A stretch of DNA of 34,340 nt from Polyangiaceae bacterium (GTDB lineage: Bacteria; Myxococcota_A; Polyangia; Polyangiales; Polyangiaceae): positions 80,760 to 115,099 of the forward strand of contig DASXHD010000111.1 in the NCBI GenBank assembly GCA_036488725.1, given 5' to 3'. Below, in pieces: positions 17,844-26,855 of the stretch; the first letter of the stretch is position 1, and the number at the start of each line of letters is the position of its first letter. Made by a program: the position numbers and the translations under genes. Below the pieces are notes generated by a model. That model did no database searches and had not been told where the DNA came from. It was given only the letters and a program-made list of their open reading frames with translations.

Positions 17844-18449
17844 ATGAAGTGCAGCACGCTTCAGCTCGGTTTGTTCGCGCGCGAGCCGCTCGCGATCGAC
17901 GAGACGTTCGCGCGCGCCGAACGCGTGGAGCTCGGACCGAACGCGTGGGTCGAGATCGTGCGCGGGTGGGTCCGCGGCGATCGCGAGCTCTTCGATCACC
18001 TCGTCGCGACCGCGCCATGGCGCGACGAAGAGCGCGTCATGTACGACCACGTCGTCGCCGTCCCTCGGCGCATCGCCGTGCTCGATCGCTTGCATTCTAC
18101 AATCATTCGCGTGCGTGAATCGCTGGACGCGCGCTACGCGACGAGCTTCGAGCGGATCAGCGTGGCGCACTACCGCGACGGCCGCGACAGCGTCGCGTGG
18201 CACGGCGACTATGTCGCGCGCAAGCTCGACACCGCGCTCGTCGCGACCGTCTCGCTCGGCTCGCCGCGGCGCTTTTTGATTCGGCCCAAAGGCGGCGGCC
18301 CGTCGCGCGCGTGGACGCTCTCGGGCGGCGATCTCGTCGTGATGGGCGGGACGTCGCAACGCACGCACGAGCATTCGGTTCCCAAAGTCGCGAGCGCGGG
18401 GCCGCGCGTCGCGCTCATGTTCCGTCCGGTCTGGCACGAGCCGACGTAA
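17844..18449 (+). CDS. alkB: AlkB-family Fe(II)/2-oxoglutarate-dependent DNA/RNA demethylase
   Basis: HxD...H triad and flanking AlkB motifs: VAWHGDYV, VSLGSPRRFLIRPKGG, GDLVVMGGTSQRTHEHSV, RVALMFRP. Track ORF is 17790-18449; the ATG at 17844 (MKCSTLQ) is the likely start. Confidence 0.8.
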   Translation: MKCSTLQLGLFAREPLAIDETFARAERVELGPNAWVEIVRGWVRGDRELFDHLVATAPWRDEERVMYDHVVAVPRRIAVLDRLHSTIIRVRESLDARYATSFERISVAHYRDGRDSVAWHGDYVARKLDTALVATVSLGSPRRFLIRPKGGGPSRAWTLSGGDLVVMGGTSQRTHEHSVPKVASAGPRVALMFRPVWHEPT

Positions 18450-18458
18450 GATGATCGC

Positions 18459-19862
18459 ATGCGCCGCTCGGCCCTCGTCGTCCTCGCGATGGTCGCGGTC
18501 ACCGCGCGCTGCGACACGAAGCCCGGCGCGCGCACGTGCGTCATCGTGCCGCCGCAAACTGATTTTCGGCTGACGACGAGCGGAACGAATTTCGTCGACA
18601 GCCTCGGCCGCATCGTCATCTTGCGCGGCGTCGACGCGGGCACGCGGAGCAAGTTCGCGCCGTTCGTTCCGTTCGATTTCGGCGACGACTACGAAGGTGC
18701 ACTTGCAAAATACATGGATCATGCCGCGTCGTGGGGCGTGGACGTCTTCCGCGTGCCGTGGGTTTGGGCGGCGCTCGAGCCGACGCAAGGTCAAGACGAC
18801 GCGACGTGGCTCGGTCGCTTCGACGAATTCATCGACGCCGCGTGGGCGCGCGGAATCTGGACAGTGCTCGACTTTCATCAGGACGTGTACTCCGAAAATT
18901 TTTGCGGCGACGGCTTCCCCGGTTGGACGCTGACGAATCCGCCCGCGCCGCATCACGACTGCGCCGTTTGGTCGACGGCCTACGCGACCGACCCGGTGAA
19001 GGCGGCGTTCGATGCCTTCTGGTCGGACGCGGGCGGCGTACAAACGGCTTATTTTTCGGCCTGGGACGTGATGATTGCAAGATACAAGGATCGTCCGGGC
19101 GTCCTCGGCTTCGAGCCGATCAACGAGTGCTCTGGCGGCTCGCAAGACGACGACACGTTCTCGGCGACGACGCTCTCGGATTTTTACGCCAAGTTCGTCG
19201 CGCACGCGCGCTCGCTCGCGCCCGAGTCGCTCGTCTTCCTCGAGCCGAGCGGAACGAGCGGCGTGACGCTCGCGACGACGCTCGTGCGCCCGCCCGGCGA
19301 CGGCATCGTCTTCGCGCCGCACTTCTATCCGCTCGATGCGCGCCCCGAGAGCGTGCAAGACAACTTGCAAAAGCTCCAAGCGATCGGCGCCGCGTGGAAC
19401 GTCCCCACGTGGGTCGGCGAGTTCGGCGCGACGAACCTCCTCGACTCGACGCCCGCGCGCATGCAAGCGACGTGGGCCGCGATGGACGCGCTCGGCGTGA
19501 GCGGCACCGAATGGGAGTACAGCACCGCGACCGAGCTCTGGGACGCCGAGTCGTGGTCGCTCACCGACGCGAGCGGAAACGATCTTCCGGTCGCCGCGGC
19601 CATCTTGCGTCCCTACGCGCGCGCGATCGCCGGCACGAGCCCGTCGATGGGCTTCGACACGACGACGAGCACGTTCTCCCTCGCCTACGCGCCGACCGGC
19701 GGCATCACACAAGTCTCGCTGCCCGCTCGCGCGGCGCCGAACGGCTGGGACATCGCACTCGAAGGCGCCTGCTGCGACGCAACGACCGTCCCCGGCCAAA
19801 TGCTCATCCAACCCGATCCAACCGCAACGAACGTATCTCTCTCCATCACGCCAAAGAATTAG
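18459..19862 (+). CDS. Secreted glycoside hydrolase family 5 (cellulase / endoglycoceramidase-like)
   Basis: Signal peptide MRRSALVVLAMVAVTARC. GH5 catalytic acid/base region GFEPINEC. Typical (beta/alpha)8 spacing, with a second Glu region around VGEFG. Confidence 0.7.
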   Translation: MRRSALVVLAMVAVTARCDTKPGARTCVIVPPQTDFRLTTSGTNFVDSLGRIVILRGVDAGTRSKFAPFVPFDFGDDYEGALAKYMDHAASWGVDVFRVPWVWAALEPTQGQDDATWLGRFDEFIDAAWARGIWTVLDFHQDVYSENFCGDGFPGWTLTNPPAPHHDCAVWSTAYATDPVKAAFDAFWSDAGGVQTAYFSAWDVMIARYKDRPGVLGFEPINECSGGSQDDDTFSATTLSDFYAKFVAHARSLAPESLVFLEPSGTSGVTLATTLVRPPGDGIVFAPHFYPLDARPESVQDNLQKLQAIGAAWNVPTWVGEFGATNLLDSTPARMQATWAAMDALGVSGTEWEYSTATELWDAESWSLTDASGNDLPVAAAILRPYARAIAGTSPSMGFDTTTSTFSLAYAPTGGITQVSLPARAAPNGWDIALEGACCDATTVPGQMLIQPDPTATNVSLSITPKN

Positions 19863-21595
19863 GAAGCGCGCGCCGCGCGATGCTCACGGACGCGCTCGAG
19901 CGGCTGCGCGGTCAAGACGTGCTCTTTGCCGAGCCAACCGCGGCGCGCGATGCCGACGCCGAATTTCAAGAACGTGAGCTCGCGCGTCGAGTGCGCGTCC
20001 GAGTCGATGACCACGCGCACGCCCATCTCGCGCGCCATGCGCAGGCCGTTCTCCGGCACGTCGAGGCGAAGCGGCGAGGAGTTGAGCTCGATCGCGACGC
20101 CGGTTTTCGCGAGCGCGCGGAGCACAGCCTCGAGATCCAGATCGCTCCCGTCGCGCTGGCCGAGCATGCGCCCGAACGGGTGACCGAGCGCGTCGATGCG
20201 GCCCGACTCGATCGCGCGGACGACGCGCTTGGTCATCTCTTCGCGCGGCATGCCGAGCTTGGAGTGCACGCTCCCGACGACCCAGTCGAGCTTCGGAAGA
20301 TCGTCGGCGAGGTCGAGCGATCCGTCGCCGAGAATGTCGGTCTCGATGCCCGCGAGCACGCGAATCGTGTCGCCGACCTTTTCGTCGACCGCGCGAATGT
20401 TCTTCACGTGCTCGCGCAGGCGCTCCGCCGAGAGACCGTTTGCGATCGTGAGCGACACCGAGTGATCGGTGATGGCGATGTACTTGCGACCGGCCTCGCG
20501 CGCCGCGAGCGCCATCTCTTCGATGCTCGCGCGCCCGTCGCTCTCGGTCGTGTGCATGTGGAGATCGCCGATCAGGTCGGCGAGCTCGACGAGCACGGGC
20601 AGCGCGTTCGCCTTGGCCGCTTCGATTTCGCCCCGATTTTCCCTGATTTCAGGCGGCATCCACCGAAGACCGATCGCCTCGTAGACGGCTTCTTCGGTCT
20701 GACCAGCGATTGATTTTTCGTCCGGATCGAAGACGCCGTACTCGCTCACTTTGAGTTTTTTCTTCACCGCGAGCGTGCGCATCGCGACGTTGTGATCTTT
20801 CGATCCGGTGAAGTATTGCATCGCTGCGCCGAACGATGCGGGCGGCACGACGCGCAAGTCGGATTGGATTCCGCTCCGCAGGACGACGCTCGTCTTGGTC
20901 TCGCCGCGCGCGAGGACTTCGGCGACTTGAGGCATCGACGCGAACGACTCCATGATGGCCGGCGCGGCCGAGGCGTCGGCGGCGACGAGCACGTCGAGAT
21001 CGCCGACCGTCTCGCGCCGCCGCCGCAAGCTCCCGGCGAACTCGCACTGCACGACGCCCGGGACGGCGCGCATGCGCGCGACGATGCCTTCGGCGATCCC
21101 GAGCGCTTCGGCCATCGGCCAACGCTTGGGCGCCGACGCGCGCGCGCGCCACGCGGCGATCGACGTGAGCAGCTTCTCTTCGCGCTTCTGTCCGAAGCGC
21201 GGCAGGTCCCTGAGCTTTCCTTCTTTCGCGGCCGCCTCGAGCGCGTCGACGGTCGTGATGCCGCGCTCTTTCCAAACTTGCTGCGCCGTCTTCACGCCCA
21301 TGCCCGGAACGTTCATGAGCTCGGCCACGCCGGGCGGGAGCTTCGCGCGAGCTTTCTCGAGATCGTCGAGCTTGCCCGTCTCGACGAGCTCGGTGATTCG
21401 CCGCACGGCGCCGTCGCCGATCCCGGCAGTTTTTCCGAGCGTGCCCGCTTTCACTTTCGGCGCGATCGCCTCGCCCATTCCTTCGATCGCGCGCGCCGCG
21501 GCGCGAAACGCGCGCACTTTGAACGGCACCTCGCCGAGCAGCTCGAGCACGTCGGCCAGATCGAGGAACGCAGCCGCGATGGCGTCGTTGTCCAC
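19859..21595 (-). CDS. polX: DNA polymerase X family protein with C-terminal PHP phosphoesterase domain
   Basis: Pol beta-like N-terminus with HhH motifs (LMNVPGMGVKTAQQV). Nucleotidyltransferase GSLRRRRETVGDLDVLV. PHP domain LHMHTTESDG...AITDHS...DSDAH. Convergent 4-bp overlap with the GH5 gene. Confidence 0.85.
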   Translation of the reverse strand: MDNDAIAAAFLDLADVLELLGEVPFKVRAFRAAARAIEGMGEAIAPKVKAGTLGKTAGIGDGAVRRITELVETGKLDDLEKARAKLPPGVAELMNVPGMGVKTAQQVWKERGITTVDALEAAAKEGKLRDLPRFGQKREEKLLTSIAAWRARASAPKRWPMAEALGIAEGIVARMRAVPGVVQCEFAGSLRRRRETVGDLDVLVAADASAAPAIMESFASMPQVAEVLARGETKTSVVLRSGIQSDLRVVPPASFGAAMQYFTGSKDHNVAMRTLAVKKKLKVSEYGVFDPDEKSIAGQTEEAVYEAIGLRWMPPEIRENRGEIEAAKANALPVLVELADLIGDLHMHTTESDGRASIEEMALAAREAGRKYIAITDHSVSLTIANGLSAERLREHVKNIRAVDEKVGDTIRVLAGIETDILGDGSLDLADDLPKLDWVVGSVHSKLGMPREEMTKRVVRAIESGRIDALGHPFGRMLGQRDGSDLDLEAVLRALAKTGVAIELNSSPLRLDVPENGLRMAREMGVRVVIDSDAHSTRELTFLKFGVGIARRGWLGKEHVLTAQPLERVREHRAARAS

Positions 21596-21846
21596 GGCCT
21601 AAGACTCCAAAAGCCGCGCGACCTGATGGTTTCGCGCGGTCGCTGCAGCGAGAAACGCGGCAGCGTCGATGGACCGGCCGAGCCGGCGCCAGGCCCGGCG
21701 TGGGATGCAACTGCGGCGAGGGTCACGCCGCCGGCGCGCGCCGAAAGTGCCAAGCGGCGGCCTGGCCGCGCGCTTGCCGCTGCCGCGCGTCGTCGTCGCT
21801 GCCTCTGCAAGACTCGATCGCCTCAATCGCTTCCGAGTCTAGCAGG

Positions 21847-22744
21847 CATGCGCGTTGCGATCTCGATGCGCATGCACCGACTCGAGAACGGCGACGTCGA
21901 GCTCGCCGCGTCGACCGAATTCGGCCCGCGTGTGCTCGAGTATCGTCGCCGCGGCGGCGAGAACGTGTTCGGCCGCGTCCCCGAAACGCAGGGCGTCGAG
22001 ACGCCATTCGGAACATGGCACAGCCGCGGGGGCCACCGTCTGTGGCACGCGCCGGAAGATCGCGTTCGCACGTATTACCCCGACAACGCGCCAGTCGCCG
22101 TGCGCGGCGGCACGCACATGGTCGTGCTCACGCAGGCCGTCGAGCCGCACACGCTTCTCGAAAAAGAAATCGCGCTCGAGCTCGCGACCTCGGGCACGCG
22201 CGTCCGCGTCACGCATCGCATCCGCAATCGCGGCGGCTTCGACGTCGAGCTCGCGCTCTGGGCGATCTCGGTGATGCGGCCGGGCGGATGCGCGTTCATC
22301 GCGCAGCCGAAGTACGTGTCGCACGACGTCGAGCTCGCGCCGGCGCGACCCATCGTGACGTGGCCGTTCACGCAGATGGACGATCCGCGTTTCGCGTGGG
22401 GCGCGCGATTCATTCGGCTGCGCCAGGACCCGTCGCGCTCCGAACCGGAAAAAATCGGCGCGTACGATCGCGCGGGGTTCGTCGCGTACGCGTCGGGCGA
22501 GGATCTCTTCGTCAAACGTCACGAGCCGCAACCCGGGGCCCACGTCGACTTCGGTTGCAACGTCGAGCTTTGGGTCGACTCGGGCATCCTCGAAGCCGAG
22601 ACGCTCTCGCCCATCGTGCGCATTCCGCCCGGTGGCGAAGCGCAGCACGTGGAGGTTTGGTCGCTGGCGCGTTGCGACGAAGACCTCTCGCATGCGAGCG
22701 ACGACGTCGTCGCCGCGGCGATCGATCAAGCGTGCGTGAAGTGA
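21847..22744 (+). CDS. Hypothetical protein (~299 aa), function unknown
   Basis: ATG at 21847 (MRVAISMRMHRLENGD). The upstream part of track ORF 20792-22744 overlaps polX antisense and is Arg-rich noise. No diagnostic motifs recognised. Possibly a beta-sandwich sugar-binding fold, but this is not supportable from sequence alone. Confidence 0.4.
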
Positions 22745-23523
22745 GCGAGGACTCGCGCGGCCGTTTCGTCGGGCGCCTCGGCGGAGACGTCGTGGCCGGC
22801 GTCGACTGCCGCGAACCTCCCATGCGGGACGCCGCGCGCGAGCGCGAGCTGCTCGTCGGGCTCGAGGATGGCGTCGCGAAACCCGGCGAGCACGAGCGTT
22901 TCGGCGCGAAGGTGCGCGAGACGTTTGCGCGCGTCGTGCGAGAGCGCCGCGAGGGCGCACGTGACGAGCGCACGACGCGAGGCCGGCCGCTCGGCGGCGC
23001 ACGCGCGAATCGCCGCGACGCGGTCGGGCCAGCGCTCGCGAAACGAAGCCGACAGCGTGTGGCTCGCGAGGCACGCTTCGACCGCGCGCCCGCGCCGCGC
23101 CAAGCACCGCGCGACGTCCGCGAGGTGCAGCGGGTCGTGACGAAAAGCTCCGCCCCACGCGGCAGTCGACGCGAGCACCAAGCGCTCGACGCGATCGGGC
23201 GCGTCGAGCGCGAGCCACGTCGCGACCATGCCGCCGAGCGAAAGCCCGTAAACGTGCGCGCGTTCGATCGCGAGCGCGTCGAGGACGGAGAGCGCGTCGC
23301 GCGCCATCGCTCGCGTCGACGACAAGCGCGCGGCGCTCGAATCCCCGCTGCCGCGCGGGTCGAAAGCGATCACGCGCAGCGAACGCGCGAGCGCCGTAGC
23401 GAATCCGTTCCAGGACGCGCGCCATCCGCCGAGCGGACGCAAGAGAAGAACCGCAGGCGCGCGCTCTGGCCCACTCACGTCGACCGCGAGCCGGCCGCCG
23501 TCGGGCAGTTCGACGAGCCTCAC
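22726..23523 (-). CDS. Alpha/beta-hydrolase fold protein
   Basis: Nucleophile elbow GLSLGG. HGxP-like region LLLRPLGGW. Start is a GTG overlapping the stop of the upstream acyltransferase (GTGA overlap). The remainder of track ORF 22726-24321 is antisense to the acyltransferase. Confidence 0.7.
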   Translation of the reverse strand: MRLVELPDGGRLAVDVSGPERAPAVLLLRPLGGWRASWNGFATALARSLRVIAFDPRGSGDSSAARLSSTRAMARDALSVLDALAIERAHVYGLSLGGMVATWLALDAPDRVERLVLASTAAWGGAFRHDPLHLADVARCLARRGRAVEACLASHTLSASFRERWPDRVAAIRACAAERPASRRALVTCALAALSHDARKRLAHLRAETLVLAGFRDAILEPDEQLALARGVPHGRFAAVDAGHDVSAEAPDETAARVLAHFTHA

Positions 23524-24299
23524 GCGCGCATCTCGTCGAGCGCGCGCTGCATGCGCGTGCGCACCTCGCCGGCGACCTCGCGCGGGTCGTCGTTCGGCGC
23601 GACACGAATGGGCGCGAGCGCGCGGAGCTTCACCGAAAACGGCAGCGGCAAATACGGCAGCCACGGCCCGACCGCGAGGCCCCAGGGAAGCGCGAGCGCG
23701 AGCGGAAACCGCGCGATGCGCGCCCGCTGCCGAAGCCCGAGCGCGCGCACGATCCCTTCGCCGTCGTGAAAAATCCACGCCGACCGATGCGCGCCCTGCG
23801 CGACGATGGGAACGATCGCGACGCCCGCGCGCTGCGCGACACGCACGAACCCCGTGCGCTCGCCGAGCGTCACGACGTCGCGATGCCGCGAATGCCGAAA
23901 AGCTTCGATGTCGCCGCCCGGATAAACGAGGACCTTGGCGCCCGACTCGAGCGCGCGGAGCGCATTCACGGGCGACGCGCGAAGCGCGCCATACGGCTGA
24001 ATCGCGCGTCCAATCGCGCGGAGCTGCCTCATCACGTAATCGTGCGCGAGCGCGTAAATCGGATGCTCGGCGCCGAACGTGTCCCAGAGCGTGCCGAGCG
24101 TGCACGCCACGTCGGGCCCGGCGATGCCGCTGTTGTGATTGCCGACGAAGAGCACCGGCTCGCCGGCGACCGACTCGAGATGCTCGAGCCCTTCGCGCCG
24201 CACACGCATGTAATATGCATTCAATTTCGCGACCAGCGGCAAGAGCGCCGCCACGGCCTTCGGGTCGCGCCCGTCGAGCCGATCGGGATCGAAACGCAT
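23520..24299 (-). CDS. Lysophospholipid/glycerolipid acyltransferase (PlsC/LPLAT-like), 259 aa
   Basis: ATG at 24297-24299 (MRFDPDRLDG). LPLAT block FVGNHNSGIAGPD and downstream VYPGGDIEAFR (an EGTR-like block). Track ORF 23520-25244 is extended upstream by Arg-rich noise antisense to the ACAD gene. Confidence 0.6.
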   Translation of the reverse strand: MRFDPDRLDGRDPKAVAALLPLVAKLNAYYMRVRREGLEHLESVAGEPVLFVGNHNSGIAGPDVACTLGTLWDTFGAEHPIYALAHDYVMRQLRAIGRAIQPYGALRASPVNALRALESGAKVLVYPGGDIEAFRHSRHRDVVTLGERTGFVRVAQRAGVAIVPIVAQGAHRSAWIFHDGEGIVRALGLRQRARIARFPLALALPWGLAVGPWLPYLPLPFSVKLRALAPIRVAPNDDPREVAGEVRTRMQRALDEMRA

Positions 24300-24337
24300 C
24301 GGAGCGAAAGCTGTCACGCACGGCGCCGAACGCAACC

Positions 24338-25489
24338 TCAACGTTCGCGCAGAGCCTCGCGCGCGATGACGACGCGTTGAATTTCGTTCGTGCCTTCGTA
24401 GATGCGCGTGACGCGCGCGTCGCGGTAGAGGCGTTCGACGAGAAAGTCGCGCGAATAGCCGTAGCCGCCGTGAATTTGCACGGCGCGATCGACGACGCGT
24501 CCGCACGCTTCGGTCGCGAAGAGCTTGGCCATGCTCGTCTCCGAGATCGCCCGCGCGCCGTCGTCGAGCATGCGCGCGGCGCGGAGGGTCAAAAGCCACG
24601 CGGCGTCGAGATCGGTTCGCGAGTCGGCGAGGACGAACTGCGTGTTCTGGAAATCGGCGATCGTCTGCCCGAACGCGCGACGCTCTTTCGCGTACGCGAG
24701 CGCCGCGGCGAGCGCGGCCTCGCCGATTCCGAGCGCGAGCCCCGCGATGCCGACGCGTCCCGCGCCGAGCGCCGAGAGCGCGATCGCATAGCCGCCGCCG
24801 CGGCGCCCGACGAGATTTTCCGCCGGCACCCGGCACCCATCGAACGCGAGCGCCGCGGTGCCCGAGCTTCGCTGGCCCATCTTGTCTTCTTCTTTGCCGA
24901 CGACGAGCCCCTTCGCGCCGCGCTCGACGACGAAGCAGCTCATGCCTTCTTTGCCGTCGCCGTCGGTGCGCGCGAAGACGACGTGGAACGCCGCGTGAGC
25001 GCCGCTCGTGATCCAAGATTTTTCTCCGTCGAGAATCCAGTCGCCGCCGTCGAGACGCGCGCGCGTGCGAATCGCCGCCGCATCGGAGCCGCCGAGCGGC
25101 TCGGTGAGCGCGAAGCTCGCGGGCCCCACGTCGCCCCGCGCGTACGGCTCGAGCCACTTCGTGCGCTGCGCGGGCGTCGCGTGATCGGCCAGAATTTTCG
25201 CCGCCAAATTGCTCGACGCAAGGATGACCGCCGTCGACGCGCAAGTCTCGGCGATGGCTTGCATCGCGAGCACGTAGCCGACGTTGGTCGCGCCCGCGCC
25301 GCCGTGCTCGGCCGGCACCTTCATCGCGAGGAGCCCGAGCTTGCCGAGCTCGGCGACTTGCTCGACCGGGAACCGTCCCGTGCGATCGCGTTCGGCGGCA
25401 TCGTGCGCGAGCCTACGCGCGGCAAAGTCGCGCGCCGTTCGAGCCATCAAGTTTTCTTCGTCCGAGATCGTGAAACCAAAGCGCTGCAT
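24338..25489 (-). CDS. Acyl-CoA dehydrogenase
   Basis: Classic ACAD N-terminus TISDEENLMARTARDFA. FAD/substrate motifs (FALTEPLGGSDAAA, WITSG). C-terminal YEGTNEIQRVVIAREAL. ATG at 25487-25489. Track ORF runs to 26017, antisense to marR. Confidence 0.85.
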   Translation of the reverse strand: MQRFGFTISDEENLMARTARDFAARRLAHDAAERDRTGRFPVEQVAELGKLGLLAMKVPAEHGGAGATNVGYVLAMQAIAETCASTAVILASSNLAAKILADHATPAQRTKWLEPYARGDVGPASFALTEPLGGSDAAAIRTRARLDGGDWILDGEKSWITSGAHAAFHVVFARTDGDGKEGMSCFVVERGAKGLVVGKEEDKMGQRSSGTAALAFDGCRVPAENLVGRRGGGYAIALSALGAGRVGIAGLALGIGEAALAAALAYAKERRAFGQTIADFQNTQFVLADSRTDLDAAWLLTLRAARMLDDGARAISETSMAKLFATEACGRVVDRAVQIHGGYGYSRDFLVERLYRDARVTRIYEGTNEIQRVVIAREALRER

Positions 25490-25567
25490 GCGCTCGTTTT
25501 GCCTCGCGACGGCGCGTTTGAAAAGTCCAGACGGCGCGCGAGATGACAGGTAACCTGTCATGTCGAA

Positions 25568-26059
25568 ATGCGCCGAAAGCTCGCGCCCCGCCGCCGTGCA
25601 CGCCCGCGTCCGCGGAGCGCGGTTCAATCGGTGGTCGACGAGACGATCGCGCTTCAGCACTGGCTCGCCTGGGTCGCCGACCAGATTTACGGCGAGGATG
25701 CCCGCGGCGCCGCTCGCCGCTGGACCCTCCGCCGACTCGAACGCGGCGCTCAGACGGTGCCGCAGCTCGCGCGCGTCCGCGCGGTGCGTCGGCAGACGCT
25801 CCAGCCGGTGGTCGATGCGCTCCGTGCCGACGGCCTCGTCGAGCTTCGACCGAATCCCGCGCACGCGCGGTCGGAGCTCGTCGGGCTCACGCGACGCGGC
25901 GCCGATCTCGTCGCTCGCATGGACCGCGTCGACGAACGCGTCCTTCGCGCCGTCTCGCGCGACCTCACCGAGCGCGATCTCGCGACGACCGCGTCGACGC
26001 TGCGCGCCCTCCGCCAATCGTTCGAGATGACGACCCGCTGGCGCGCCGTCACCGCTTGA
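25568..26059 (+). CDS. MarR-family transcriptional regulator
   Basis: Winged-helix MarR core (QTVPQLARVRAVRRQTLQPVVDALRADGLVELRPNPAHARSELVGLTRRGADLV). Divergent from the ACAD operon. The first ~20 residues of the track ORF are Arg-rich, so the real start may be a downstream GTG (~25631). Confidence 0.65.
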   Translation: MRRKLAPRRRARPRPRSAVQSVVDETIALQHWLAWVADQIYGEDARGAARRWTLRRLERGAQTVPQLARVRAVRRQTLQPVVDALRADGLVELRPNPAHARSELVGLTRRGADLVARMDRVDERVLRAVSRDLTERDLATTASTLRALRQSFEMTTRWRAVTA

Positions 26060-26096
26060 CGTCAGGCCGCGGCGCCTCGAACGTGAGTGCGTTCGG

Positions 26097-26396
26097 ATGC
26101 GACGCGAAGACGAACCTTCCGGCCACAGGCACGCCCGGCTCCAGAGCTTGATCCTCGAGGAGCTGCGCGCGCTCTTGCGCGACGACGTCTCCGATCCCGC
26201 GCTGACCGACGTGGTCGTCGCGGCGGTCGTGCTCTCGATCGACTACCGCCACGCGCGCGTGCACTACACGTCCGCCGATCGCCACCGCGCCGACGCCGCG
26301 CTCGCGCGCGCGACGCCGTTTTTTCGTGCACGCCTCGGCGAAGCGATCGACCTCAAGCGCGTTCCAGATCTTCGCTTCGTGTTCGACGCCGCTTGA
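26097..26396 (+). CDS. rbfA: Ribosome-binding factor A (RbfA)-like paralog, 99 aa
   Basis: Aligns by eye with RbfA. LQSLILEELRALLRDDVSDPAL...IDYRHARVHYT matches the KH-like core. The C-terminal RVPDLRFVFDAA matches the RbfA tail (R-x-x-P-x-L-x-F-x-Y-D). Confidence 0.65.
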   Translation: MRREDEPSGHRHARLQSLILEELRALLRDDVSDPALTDVVVAAVVLSIDYRHARVHYTSADRHRADAALARATPFFRARLGEAIDLKRVPDLRFVFDAA

Positions 26397-26398
26397 GT

Positions 26399-26701
26399 TC
26401 AGTCGGCTTGCCACGCGATGAAGGGCGGCAGCTTCTCTTCGCGCTCGAAAAAGTCGAGCGCCTGCCGGACCACGTCGACCGGATACGCCCACGACGCGGG
26501 ACGAACGTCGCGCTGACCGTTGCTCAAACAATATTCGATCGTCGCGTCGGCCGGCCCGGCGTAATCCGGATTGCGCGAGCTCTGAGCGGCCGCGCCCGGC
26601 GCGGACAAATACATGAGCCATCCGCGCTCGCCGTGGATGAGCGCGCGAAGTCGCTTCTCGCCCGCCTCGACCCAGATCTCTTCGAACCGATCGCCCGCCA
26701 C
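26399..26701 (-). CDS. Small hypothetical protein (100 aa)
   Basis: Clean ORF with non-Arg-rich composition (MAGDRFEEIWVEAGEKRLRALIHGERGWLMYLS...). No assignable family. It sits between rbfA and the tRNA. Confidence 0.35.
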   Translation of the reverse strand: MAGDRFEEIWVEAGEKRLRALIHGERGWLMYLSAPGAAAQSSRNPDYAGPADATIEYCLSNGQRDVRPASWAYPVDVVRQALDFFEREEKLPPFIAWQAD

Positions 26702-26778
26702 GCGATCAGACTACGTCAGTTTGTACGGTCGCGTCAGCCCGGCGGGGACCGGTCGTCCGTGATATGGTCGCCGCGTCT

Positions 26779-26855
26779 GCGCCACTAGCTCAGCTGGATA
26801 GAGCGACGGCCTCCGGAGCCGTAGGTCAGAGGTTCGAATCCTCTGTGGCGCGCCA
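26779..26855 (+). tRNA. tRNA-Arg (anticodon CCG)
   Basis: Manual cloverleaf fold. Acceptor gcgccac/gtggcgc. D arm gctc-agctggata-gagc. Anticodon stem acggc/gccgt with loop ctCCGga. T arm agagg-ttcgaat-cctct. Discriminator g plus encoded CCA. 77 nt. Confidence 0.9.

Noticed and set aside
17814-20713. 665-aa minus ORF (17814-19811) and 660-aa plus ORF (18731-20713) across alkB, GH5 and polX
   Set aside because: Low-complexity Arg/Asp-rich translations antisense or out-of-frame to three motif-supported genes.
8806-21595. Search for a Ku gene or LigD phosphoesterase domain in the repair cluster
   Set aside because: None of the unassigned ORFs (15254-15991, 17065-17817, 21847-22744) shows a Ku beta-barrel-like sequence or PE-domain His/Asp motifs. 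Absence within the window is noted as a finding, not annotated.
21700-23769. 689-aa plus ORF and 588-aa minus ORF (21839-23605)
   Set aside because: Arg-rich artefacts overlapping the hypothetical 21847-22744 gene and the hydrolase/acyltransferase genes.
26702-26778. Possible sigma-70 promoter upstream of tRNA-Arg (TTGTAC ... TGATAT)
   Set aside because: The spacing between the candidate -35 and -10 hexamers is ~33 nt, too long for a canonical promoter. Not reported as a feature.
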